Made by a program: the position numbers and the translations under genes. The notes under the pieces are model-generated. The model ran no database searches, had not been told where the DNA came from, and saw nothing but the letters and a program-made list of their open reading frames with translations. A stretch of DNA of 64,000 nucleotides from an uncultured Pelagibacteraceae bacterium (GTDB lineage Bacteria; Pseudomonadota; Alphaproteobacteria; Pelagibacterales; Pelagibacteraceae): contig CACEMT010000002.1 in the NCBI GenBank assembly GCA_902560685.1, positions 861 to 64,860 on the forward strand. Reading direction: 5' to 3'. Positions 18,722 through 27,246 of the stretch are shown here, piece after piece (the first letter of the stretch is position 1; each line of letters opens with the position of its first letter).

Positions 18722-19856
18722 ACCATCAAGAACTTTTGCTCTTGAAAAGCTAGATAATTTTATTGATAAAAATCTCATAGATTACTCTAAATTAAGAAAT
18801 TTTGATTATGGTCCAGAAAATAGGACAAATGTTTCAGGCTTATCACCTTATGTTTCTCACGGAATAATCGACGAAATAGAAATAATTAATAAATCTTTAA
18901 AAAAATACTCATTTGTAAAAAATGAAAAATTTATTCAAGAAATCTTATGGAGAGTTTATTGGAAGGGTTGGTTAGAATTAAGACCAAATGTTTGGTTAGA
19001 TTATTTAAATGATCTAAAAAAAATAAAAGAAAATTTTAAAAATAATCAAAATTATTTAATTGCAATTGATGGCAAAACAAACATTGAATGTTTCAATTAT
19101 TGGGTAAATGAACTAAAGGAAAATAACTATTTACATAACCATACAAGAATGTGGTTTGCCAGTATTTGGATTTTTACTCTAAAGTTACCATGGCAGTTAG
19201 GTGCTGAGTTTCTATTACAACATCTTTATGATGGAGATGCTGCTTCAAACACACTTGGTTGGAGATGGGTCGCAGGAATACAAACTAAAGGAAAAAATTA
19301 TCTTGCAAGTGAATGGAATATTAAAAAGTTTACTAATAACAGATTTCAAAATATTAAACTTAATAAAAATGCTGCACCTATATTAAGTGAAAAAAATTAT
19401 TCTATTAACAATAAAGATTTTGCTAATGTTGAAATTTTAGAAAATCAATCATTACTAGTTTTTGAAAATAATTTATCATTTGAAACTACAGATTTTCAGG
19501 ATATTAAATTTAAAAAAATTCTATTAATTGATCATAAAAATAATTATAGAAAAATTAATCTAAGTGAAAGCGTAACAAACTTTAAATCTAGTCTTTTAGA
19601 AGATCAAAAAAAAAGGCTAGAAGAAAAATCTATTAATTGTGAAATAATAAATATTAATGAAATAAAAAATATAACTGAAAATATTTATGCTATTTATCCT
19701 TCTATAGGAGAAAATTTAGATTTTATAAATTTAAATGGATTAAAAAATATTCAATTTTTATATAGGAAATTAGATCAGTTCTCCTGGCAATATTGTAATA
19801 AGGGGTTTTTTAATTTCAAGAATTACATACCTAAAATAATTCAAAAATTTATTTAG
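18711..19856 (+). CDS. Short photolyase-like protein with N-terminal FAD-binding domain (NewPHL/SPL-type)
   Basis: [34 protein letters not shown] and [16 protein letters not shown] motifs, all in the N-terminal half. Confidence 0.85.
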   Translation: MNFKPSRTFALEKLDNFIDKNLIDYSKLRNFDYGPENRTNVSGLSPYVSHGIIDEIEIINKSLKKYSFVKNEKFIQEILWRVYWKGWLELRPNVWLDYLNDLKKIKENFKNNQNYLIAIDGKTNIECFNYWVNELKENNYLHNHTRMWFASIWIFTLKLPWQLGAEFLLQHLYDGDAASNTLGWRWVAGIQTKGKNYLASEWNIKKFTNNRFQNIKLNKNAAPILSEKNYSINNKDFANVEILENQSLLVFENNLSFETTDFQDIKFKKILLIDHKNNYRKINLSESVTNFKSSLLEDQKKRLEEKSINCEIININEIKNITENIYAIYPSIGENLDFINLNGLKNIQFLYRKLDQFSWQYCNKGFFNFKNYIPKIIQKFI

Positions 19857-19974
19857 ATGAACATCTTTTAGAGCAATATTTTACTTTCTCCCAATTTAAT
19901 CTCCATTTTTTTCTCCAAATAAAAGGTCTTTTGCAAATAGGACAAATTTTTGAAGGTAAATTTTGCTTTTTCAT
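19849..19974 (-). CDS. DUF2256 family 4-Cys microprotein (41 aa), absent from ORF track
   Basis: [41 protein letters not shown]; ATGA overlap with the upstream gene. Confidence 0.88.
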   Translation of the reverse strand: MKKQNLPSKICPICKRPFIWRKKWRLNWEKVKYCSKRCSSK

Positions 19975-20321
19975 TTAAGTTGACTTTTATTTTTTAAAAA
20001 TAAAAAATATGCAACAAATTCATATATATAGTGAAAAATTAAAAAAAAAGGTTTTATTGAAAATAATTTTGATAAAAATTTATACTTTGGAATTTTTGAC
20101 CAAATTATAATAAATGCTTTTGCTCCACCAATAACTTTTCCATTGTCAATTACATGAAGCCTTCTAAGTAACTCCTCTTGAGTTTTTGATGTAATTTTTA
20201 GAGCATCATCATTGTTTGTAATATCTATCCATTCTAAATTACTTTCAGAAATTTTTTTATAGTGATTTATTTCCAATCTACAAACGCTACACGAATTATT
20301 AAAAAAAACTTTAATTCCCAT
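19971..20321 (-). CDS. DUF393/DCC1-like thiol-disulfide oxidoreductase
   Basis: [13 protein letters not shown] and GAKAF...W motifs. Confidence 0.82.
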   Translation of the reverse strand: MGIKVFFNNSCSVCRLEINHYKKISESNLEWIDITNNDDALKITSKTQEELLRRLHVIDNGKVIGGAKAFIIIWSKIPKYKFLSKLFSIKPFFLIFHYIYEFVAYFLFLKNKSQLK

Positions 20322-21807
20322 AAGTATTTTTATTTATAAATTTTTCTGCCTCAGATAAAATTAATTTTTTTCTTTCATTTTTCATTTTATCAAATATTCG
20401 AACCATCATTGAAAGCCTAGGGTTTTTTAAAAAAAAATTTCTATTACGATTAATAAATCTCCAGTACAAACCATCCATTGTGTTGCACCAATCCCCTTTT
20501 TTAAAATCCATCATTTTCATAAAATAACTTGATCCACAAATATAAGGTTTTGTTGCAAAAATACCTCCATCACTAAATAAACCCATTCCATATACATTTG
20601 GTACCATCACCCAATCTGAAGAATCTACGAACATTTCCATAAACCATCTGTAAACAATGGTAGGTTTAATTTCACAAAGATTCATAATATTAGATAAAAT
20701 CATTAATCTTTCAATATGATGCGACCAGCCATAATCAACTGCATTCTTAATAGAATAATCAAGGGGTGGTAAACCTGTATTACCTTCATACCATGACTTC
20801 TTCATTTTTCTGTTTTGTTTGAAAAAATTTCTAGTTTCCATTTCGTTGGAATAACTTTGATAAATACCTCTCATAAATTCTCTCCATCCAATAATCTGAC
20901 GAATAAATCCTTCTAATGAATTTAATCTTATTTTTTTTTTTTTATGAAATTCTAAAACTTTTTTAATAACTAATTCAGGAGTAATTAAACCTAAGTTAAT
21001 ATATGGGCTTAATGTACTGTGAAATAATACATTATTTTGTTGATTTACAGCATCTTCGTAGTCACCAAATAAGTTTAATTTTTCTTTTATAAAAAAATTT
21101 AAAATCTTTAAAACATCTTCATATTCTGTCGCAAACCAGAAATTATCCGTATTACCAGGATGATCACTAAATAATTTTTCAATAATCGGTTTTAGTTTTT
21201 TAGTATTATTTGTTTCACCAATTTTAGGGAATTTTGGAATAGTAATGTTTTGAGGTAATTTATTTCTGTTGTCTTCATCAAAACTCCATTTGCCTCCTAT
21301 TGGATTAGCATCAGACCCCATTAATATTCCAGATTTTTTTCTAACATCTTTATAGAAAGTTGCCATGAAAGGTTTTTTTGATTTTTTTAAATAGTTTTTA
21401 AAATCATTTCTTGAGTTTAAAAACATTGGAGTTTGAACAATATTCCATTTAATATTTTCTTTTTTTAAAAACAAAGTAATTTTCTTTTCAAAAAACTTAT
21501 CCTCTATTTCAAAGCTTGATACTTCTTTTATATTTTTAGAATTAATAATTTTTTTTAATTTTTTTAAATAATCATACTTAAATTCTTTATTCTCAATTCT
21601 TTGGTATTCAATTTTAAATTTATTATTTTTAAGATTTTCAGCATATGATCTCATTGCTGATAAAAATAATAAAATTTTTAATTTATGATGTTTTTCATAT
21701 GTACATAATTGATAATCTTCAGCCATAAAAATAGTATGATCATTCTTAAAACTATTTAAATGTTTAATTGGAAATAATTGATTTCCCAAAATAAAAAATA
21801 ACTTCAT
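20311..21807 (-). CDS. Bacterial cryptochrome/(6-4) photolyase (CryB/PhrB family)
   Basis: ILGNQL, HHKLK, GGKWSFDEDNR, FGDYEDA, RQIIGWREF, HHIERLM and DWVMVPNV motifs. Confidence 0.92.
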   Translation of the reverse strand: MKLFFILGNQLFPIKHLNSFKNDHTIFMAEDYQLCTYEKHHKLKILLFLSAMRSYAENLKNNKFKIEYQRIENKEFKYDYLKKLKKIINSKNIKEVSSFEIEDKFFEKKITLFLKKENIKWNIVQTPMFLNSRNDFKNYLKKSKKPFMATFYKDVRKKSGILMGSDANPIGGKWSFDEDNRNKLPQNITIPKFPKIGETNNTKKLKPIIEKLFSDHPGNTDNFWFATEYEDVLKILNFFIKEKLNLFGDYEDAVNQQNNVLFHSTLSPYINLGLITPELVIKKVLEFHKKKKIRLNSLEGFIRQIIGWREFMRGIYQSYSNEMETRNFFKQNRKMKKSWYEGNTGLPPLDYSIKNAVDYGWSHHIERLMILSNIMNLCEIKPTIVYRWFMEMFVDSSDWVMVPNVYGMGLFSDGGIFATKPYICGSSYFMKMMDFKKGDWCNTMDGLYWRFINRNRNFFLKNPRLSMMVRIFDKMKNERKKLILSEAEKFINKNTYGN

Positions 21808-21838
21808 TAGTAAGTTATAAATTATATAATTTTATAAA

Positions 21839-22681
21839 TTAATTAGATCTTTTGAAGCACTCGATAGTATTTTTAAGAAGACATGCTATTGTCATTGGGC
21901 CAACACCTCCTGGAACAGGTGTTAAAGCTTTTGCAACTTTTGAAACTTCATCAAAAGCAACATCTCCAACAATACCTTTCTCAGTTTTATTTATCCCTAC
22001 ATCTATAACAATTGCATCTTTTTTGACCCAGTCACCTTTAACAAGTTCAGGCATCCCAACTGCTGCTACTAAAATATCACCTTTTAAACACTCTCCTTTT
22101 AGATCTTTTGTTTTAGAATGTGTAATTGTGACTGTACAATTTTCTTTTAAAAGAAGTTGAGTCATTGGTTTTCCATTTAAATTTGATCTTCCAATTATGA
22201 CCGCTTTTTTCCCATTTAGATTAGGTTCAATTTTTTTTATTAATAAATAACATCCAAGAGGTGTGCAGGGTATTGAACTTTCATAACCTGAAGATAAATT
22301 CCCAACATTCATCGGATGAAACCCATCAACGTCTTTGCTTGGTAAAATTGCTTCAATAACTTTTTGTTTATCAATATGTTTTGGTAATGGTAACTGAACC
22401 AAAATCCCAGATACACTTTCATCTTTATTAAGTTCATGAATTTTATCTAAAACTTTTTTTTCCTCAACTTCGCCAGGGTATCTAATAACTTCTGATTTTA
22501 ATCCTACTTCATTTGCGGCTTTTTCTTTCATACGAACATAGATTTGGCTTGGAGCCATATCTCCAATTAAAATTACAGTTAATCCTGGAACTTTATTGTA
22601 TTTAGATTTTATTTCAGAAACTTCTTTCTTTAACTCTTCTCTTAACTCAGCTGCTATTTTTTTTCCGTCTATTAATATCAT
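21839..22681 (-). CDS. folD: Methylenetetrahydrofolate dehydrogenase/cyclohydrolase
   Basis: GILVQLPLP, KDVDGFHP, PCTP and TPVPGGVGPMT motifs. Confidence 0.97.
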   Translation of the reverse strand: MILIDGKKIAAELREELKKEVSEIKSKYNKVPGLTVILIGDMAPSQIYVRMKEKAANEVGLKSEVIRYPGEVEEKKVLDKIHELNKDESVSGILVQLPLPKHIDKQKVIEAILPSKDVDGFHPMNVGNLSSGYESSIPCTPLGCYLLIKKIEPNLNGKKAVIIGRSNLNGKPMTQLLLKENCTVTITHSKTKDLKGECLKGDILVAAVGMPELVKGDWVKKDAIVIDVGINKTEKGIVGDVAFDEVSKVAKALTPVPGGVGPMTIACLLKNTIECFKRSN

Positions 22682-22687
22682 GATTTG

Positions 22688-22978
22688 CTAAAATATCATT
22701 GGTGCCACGTAAAGCTTCATACACATTTCTATAAACCATATCAACAAAAGAAGTATTATTGGTGAAATATCAAAAGCACCTAAGTTTGGCAAAAATCTTC
22801 TAATCCTGTTCAAAAAAGGTTCAGTTAAACGATATGTAAATTCTAATATTGAATAAACAAATCTATTTGATGTATTTAAAACATTAAAAGCAACCAGCCA
22901 GCTTATAACTACATTTGCTATTACAACATAGGTATATATTTTTAATATTTGGAGCACTAAATAAAAAATGGCAATCAT
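22688..22978 (-). CDS. yggT: YggT family membrane protein
   Basis: ISWLVAF, LTEPFL..IRR.LP and DISPII motifs. Confidence 0.9.
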   Translation of the reverse strand: MIAIFYLVLQILKIYTYVVIANVVISWLVAFNVLNTSNRFVYSILEFTYRLTEPFLNRIRRFLPNLGAFDISPIILLLLIWFIEMCMKLYVAPMIF

Positions 22979-24060
22979 TTTTTCTCAACATAAATAGATT
23001 GACTAGGAAATGCAAAAGATGCACCATTTTTCTCAACAATTTGTTTTATTTGAATTGCTAATCTCTCTTTAACGGCTAGCCATTCGTCCCAATCATCTGT
23101 TTTTGTAAAACAACGAACATACATATCAATAGAACTATCTGCAAATTTATCAACTCGAACTGCATATCCAAGCTCAGGTTTATAATCTTCATTTTTTTTT
23201 ATGTAATCTTCAATTTCATTTCTTACAGTTTTAAGCTGATCTACTGTTGAATCATATTGTAAATTAATTACCCAACTAATAATCCAATTTGTAGTTTGGC
23301 TTACATTTATTACAGCATTTTCAGCAAATTGAAAATTTGGAATTATTGCGATTGATTTATCAAATTTTCTTATAACGGTTGATCTAAATCCTATTTTTTC
23401 TACAATTCCTTCAATAATTCCCTCAACTAAAATCCAATCTCCAATTTTAAATCTTTTTTCAACTAATACTAATATTCCTGAAATTAAATTTTTAAATAAA
23501 TCTTGTGCGCCTAATGCAACAGCAACACCAAACAAACCTAAACCAGCAATAATTGGTCCAATTTTAATACCCCACAATTCAAGAACTGCCGCTATACCTA
23601 AAATAAATATTAAAACTTTTAACGACTTAATAATCCAACCAATAAGCTCTCTTGTTAAAATTTTATTTAAGCCGCTTAATACATAAGAAACTGGTTCTAT
23701 AATTTGATGCATAACCCAAAAAATAAAAATGGTTATTAAAGTTCTATTAATTGTATCTACAATTTCTCTGCTTTCTTCTGAAAACGTCATATAATAGCTT
23801 GCTATAAAAAAACCGATAACTATTGGTAAAAACCTTGCTGGTCCTTCCATCGCAGAAACAAAAGAATCATCAAACTTATTTGTTGTTCTCTTTGCTATAT
23901 TTTCTAATCTTTTAATAATTAATTTACTGATTATTCCTCTAAATATTAAAAAAATTAAAAATATTCCAACACCAATTAATATCTGAAGAATATCAACTCC
24001 CAAGATACCTCTTTCCCAGACAGAAAGAAAAAGTGATTTAAAATTATTAAATAGTTCCAT
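22975..24060 (-). CDS. mscS: Small-conductance mechanosensitive channel
   Basis: ALGAQDLFKNLISG, FKIGDWI, IGFRST and FAFPSQ motifs. Confidence 0.9.
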   Translation of the reverse strand: MELFNNFKSLFLSVWERGILGVDILQILIGVGIFLIFLIFRGIISKLIIKRLENIAKRTTNKFDDSFVSAMEGPARFLPIVIGFFIASYYMTFSEESREIVDTINRTLITIFIFWVMHQIIEPVSYVLSGLNKILTRELIGWIIKSLKVLIFILGIAAVLELWGIKIGPIIAGLGLFGVAVALGAQDLFKNLISGILVLVEKRFKIGDWILVEGIIEGIVEKIGFRSTVIRKFDKSIAIIPNFQFAENAVINVSQTTNWIISWVINLQYDSTVDQLKTVRNEIEDYIKKNEDYKPELGYAVRVDKFADSSIDMYVRCFTKTDDWDEWLAVKERLAIQIKQIVEKNGASFAFPSQSIYVEKK

Positions 24061-24062
24061 TT

Positions 24063-24761
24063 TTAAATTTTATATAGCAAAAATTCTTCTTCTCCAGGAC
24101 TAAAAATAAAAATTTTTTTCCACTTAATTTTATTTAGTACTGACGAGGATTTTTCGCTAATACACATTAAATTAGTATTCATCCAAAAATCATTTAATTT
24201 GTAATTATTTATTAATTTTAGGAAACTTAGAGCGCTATTTTGAGAATAGACATATACAATATCGGGCATATTAGATCTTAATTTTTCTATAAATTTTTCA
24301 TCTAATTGATAATTAGGTTTTGAGGTATAGTTAACTACTCTTTTTACATTATAACCTTGTGATACTAAGTTTTTATCCAGATCATTTGAAATAATTTCTC
24401 CGCTCACATAAAGCATTTTTCCTAAAGAAGAATTAAAATTTTGTAATATTAACTCTTTTAAATTCCTCACATTGCCCTCGGCTGTTATTAGATTTTGAAA
24501 TCCAAGACTAAGTGCCTTTTTCTCGGTTGCGCTTCCAACACAAAAACAAATAATTTTTTTATCAATCAGCTTTGTATCTAAGAATTTTAATGCATTTGCA
24601 CTTGTAAAAATTATTGCTTTGTAATCTAAAAAATTTATTTTTTCATATTCAACTTTTTCAATTTGAATAACTGGCATATGTGAAACTTTATGCCCAAGTC
24701 CACTAAATTTTAATATTAATTCCTCACAATCCTCTAGCGGTCTTGTAAATAAAATATGCAT
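24063..24761 (-). CDS. hemD: Uroporphyrinogen-III synthase
   Basis: ILFTRP, IFTSANA and CVGSAT motifs; follows hemC. Confidence 0.9.
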   Translation of the reverse strand: MHILFTRPLEDCEELILKFSGLGHKVSHMPVIQIEKVEYEKINFLDYKAIIFTSANALKFLDTKLIDKKIICFCVGSATEKKALSLGFQNLITAEGNVRNLKELILQNFNSSLGKMLYVSGEIISNDLDKNLVSQGYNVKRVVNYTSKPNYQLDEKFIEKLRSNMPDIVYVYSQNSALSFLKLINNYKLNDFWMNTNLMCISEKSSSVLNKIKWKKIFIFSPGEEEFLLYKI

Positions 24762-24762
24762 A

Positions 24763-25686
24763 TTATTTTTTATAACTTCCTTTTGATTGTTTCTTTAAAT
24801 TTTCACCAATCTCAATACCTAATTCTGCTGCAGAATTTATATCTCTAGAAGACTTACAATAAAATCTTTCTTTTCCATCTAATGAAAAAAGCTCTCCCTG
24901 AAGTGTTATATTATCATTATTTATAGTGGATATTGCGCCCACTGCTGTTTCACAGTCTCCTTCTAAAACTTTGAGAACATTTCTTTCTGCTTGGACACTT
25001 TTAAAAGTTTTCTCATCGTTTATTTTTTTTAAAACATTTTTAATATACTCATCATTACTTTTACATTGTAATGCTATAACTCCTTGTCCAGCACTCGGTA
25101 AAATTTCATCAATTGAAAAAATTTCAGAAATATGTTTGTTTAAATTTAGAGAATTAATTCCAGCAAAAGACAATACTATTGCATCATATAAGTTTTGATT
25201 TAATTTATTAATTCTAGTATCAACATTGCCTCTAATTAGTTTATAATTTAAATCACCTCTTTTATTTTTTAATTGAAATTCTCTTCTAAAAGAAGAAGTT
25301 CCAATTATTGAGTCTTTATTTAAATCTTTAAATTTAACTTTATTTTTAGATATTAATACTTCCCTCGGGTCATTTCTTTTTAAAAAAGAATTAGTTAATA
25401 AACCTTCTGTTTCATCTGATGGCATATCTTTTAAAGCATGTACCGCAATATCGATTTTGTTTTCTAATAACTCTTTTTCAATTTTATTTGAAAAAAGTCC
25501 TTTGCCTCCTATTTCAGAAAGTCTGTCTTTTTGATTTAAATCTCCAGCTGTTGTTATTTCTTTTATTTCAATACTTTCGATATTAAATTCTTTAGATACT
25601 TCTAAAATTTTTTCTTTCGCTTTTGCAGCATAGATTAATGCTAATTTACTACCTCTTGAGCCAATAATAATTTTTTTGCTTTTCAT
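24763..25686 (-). CDS. hemC: Hydroxymethylbilane synthase
   Basis: GSRGSKLA, GGKGLF, AVHALKDMP, IRGNVDTR and LEGDC motifs. Confidence 0.96.
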   Translation of the reverse strand: MKSKKIIIGSRGSKLALIYAAKAKEKILEVSKEFNIESIEIKEITTAGDLNQKDRLSEIGGKGLFSNKIEKELLENKIDIAVHALKDMPSDETEGLLTNSFLKRNDPREVLISKNKVKFKDLNKDSIIGTSSFRREFQLKNKRGDLNYKLIRGNVDTRINKLNQNLYDAIVLSFAGINSLNLNKHISEIFSIDEILPSAGQGVIALQCKSNDEYIKNVLKKINDEKTFKSVQAERNVLKVLEGDCETAVGAISTINNDNITLQGELFSLDGKERFYCKSSRDINSAAELGIEIGENLKKQSKGSYKK

Positions 25687-25744
25687 TAAATTAATTTATA
25701 TTCCATATTTATATTTAGAATTTGAAAGTAATAAAAACTAATTT

Positions 25745-26818
25745 ATGTCAAAAAAACCAGTGATTCTTGGAATTGAGTCTAGTTGTGACGAAACGGCAGT
25801 AGCTTTAATAAGAGAAAACAACAAAGGTGAGCCAGAAATTTTATCTAATATAGTTTCAAGCCAAGTAGATATTCATAAAGAATTCGGAGGAGTAGTTCCT
25901 GAGCTTGCTGCTAGAGCTCATATAGAAAAAATAGATTTAATAACAAAAAAAGCATTAGATGAAAGTGGAATTAATTTAAATGATATAGATGCAGTTGCAA
26001 CAACTGCAGGTCCTGGTTTAATAGTTTGTTTATCTGTTGGATTAAATTTTGGTAAAGCAATTGCAGCATCTTTAAAAAAACCATTCATTGCTGTTAATCA
26101 TTTGGAAGGGCACGCGTTGAGTCCTAAACTAAATTCAAAAATAAATTATCCTTATCTATTACTCTTGATATCTGGAGGGCATAGCCAATTTTTATGTGTT
26201 GAAGGATTAGGAAAATATAAAAGACTTGGAACTACTATTGATGATGCTGCTGGAGAAGCATTTGATAAAACTGCAAAATTACTTGGGATCGAATTTCCTG
26301 GTGGCCCACAAATAGAAGTATTGGCAAAAAAAGGTGATCCAACAAAATTTGATTTGCCCAAACCTATAATTAATAAAGGTGGGTGTAACTTATCTTTTGC
26401 AGGACTAAAGACAGCTATTCTTAGAATTACAAAAAATATAAAGGATGAAAAAGACAAATGTGATCTTGCGGCTTCTTTTCAAAAAACTATGGAAGAAATA
26501 TTATACAAAAAAAGTAAAATTGCTTTTCAAGAATTTAACAACATTAATAAAAATAAAAATAAAACCTTTGTTGTAGCTGGTGGTGTTGCTGCAAATAAAA
26601 AAATAAGAGAAATTTTAATAAAACTTTGTAATGAAGAAAATTTTGAAGCAATTTTTCCACCTATAAATTTATGTGGAGATAATGCTGCAATGATAGCATT
26701 TGCTGGTTTAGAAAAATTTAAACAAAATCAATTTAATGATTTAGATTTTCCAGCAAAGCCAAGATGGCAGCTAGATGAGAATGCTGTTTTTTTAAAAGGA
26801 GCAGGTGTAAAAATTTAA
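25745..26818 (+). CDS. tsaD: tRNA N6-threonylcarbamoyladenosine transferase TsaD
   Basis: LGIESSCDET, GGVVPELAARAH, HLEGH and DNAAMI motifs. Confidence 0.96.
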   Translation: MSKKPVILGIESSCDETAVALIRENNKGEPEILSNIVSSQVDIHKEFGGVVPELAARAHIEKIDLITKKALDESGINLNDIDAVATTAGPGLIVCLSVGLNFGKAIAASLKKPFIAVNHLEGHALSPKLNSKINYPYLLLLISGGHSQFLCVEGLGKYKRLGTTIDDAAGEAFDKTAKLLGIEFPGGPQIEVLAKKGDPTKFDLPKPIINKGGCNLSFAGLKTAILRITKNIKDEKDKCDLAASFQKTMEEILYKKSKIAFQEFNNINKNKNKTFVVAGGVAANKKIREILIKLCNEENFEAIFPPINLCGDNAAMIAFAGLEKFKQNQFNDLDFPAKPRWQLDENAVFLKGAGVKI

Positions 26819-27240
26819 TGAAATACTGGTTATTAAAATCTGAACCAAATGTTTGGTCTATTAGTAATCAAAAAAAAGCTGGCTTAAAAGGAGCAACTTG
26901 GGATGGGGTTAGAAATTATCAAGCTGCAAATAATTTAAAAAAAATGTCTAAGGGTGATCTTTGTTTTTTTTACCATTCAAATATTGGAAAAGAAATTGTA
27001 GGTATCGTTAAGGTTATAAAAACTGCCTTTATAGACCCAACAGATAAAGAAAAAAAATTTGTAGCTGTGCAGGTTAAATTTAAAAAAGCTTTAAATAAGC
27101 CAGTTTCTCTAGAAAATATTAAAAAAAATCCTAATCTTAATAAGTTGCCTCTTATTAAACAAAGCAGATTATCTGTGATGCCTATAGACACTAAAAGCTG
27201 GAAAATTATTTTGAACATGAGTAATATTAAAAAAAAATAA
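26818..27240 (+). CDS. EVE domain protein
   Basis: YWLLKSEP, WDGVRNYQA, FFYHS and SRLSVMP motifs. Confidence 0.92.
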   Translation: MKYWLLKSEPNVWSISNQKKAGLKGATWDGVRNYQAANNLKKMSKGDLCFFYHSNIGKEIVGIVKVIKTAFIDPTDKEKKFVAVQVKFKKALNKPVSLENIKKNPNLNKLPLIKQSRLSVMPIDTKSWKIILNMSNIKKK

Positions 27241-27246
27241 GTCTTT

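Noticed and set aside
20930-20943. Long A/T homopolymers as phase-variation or frameshift sites
   Set aside because: Such runs are ubiquitous in Lys-rich AT-rich coding sequence, and the reading frames are intact
20311-22681. folD upstream of the photolyase as a dedicated MTHF antenna supply
   Set aside because: CryB/PhrB-family proteins use a lumazine antenna, and folD belongs to the conserved yggT-folD block; adjacency is probably incidental
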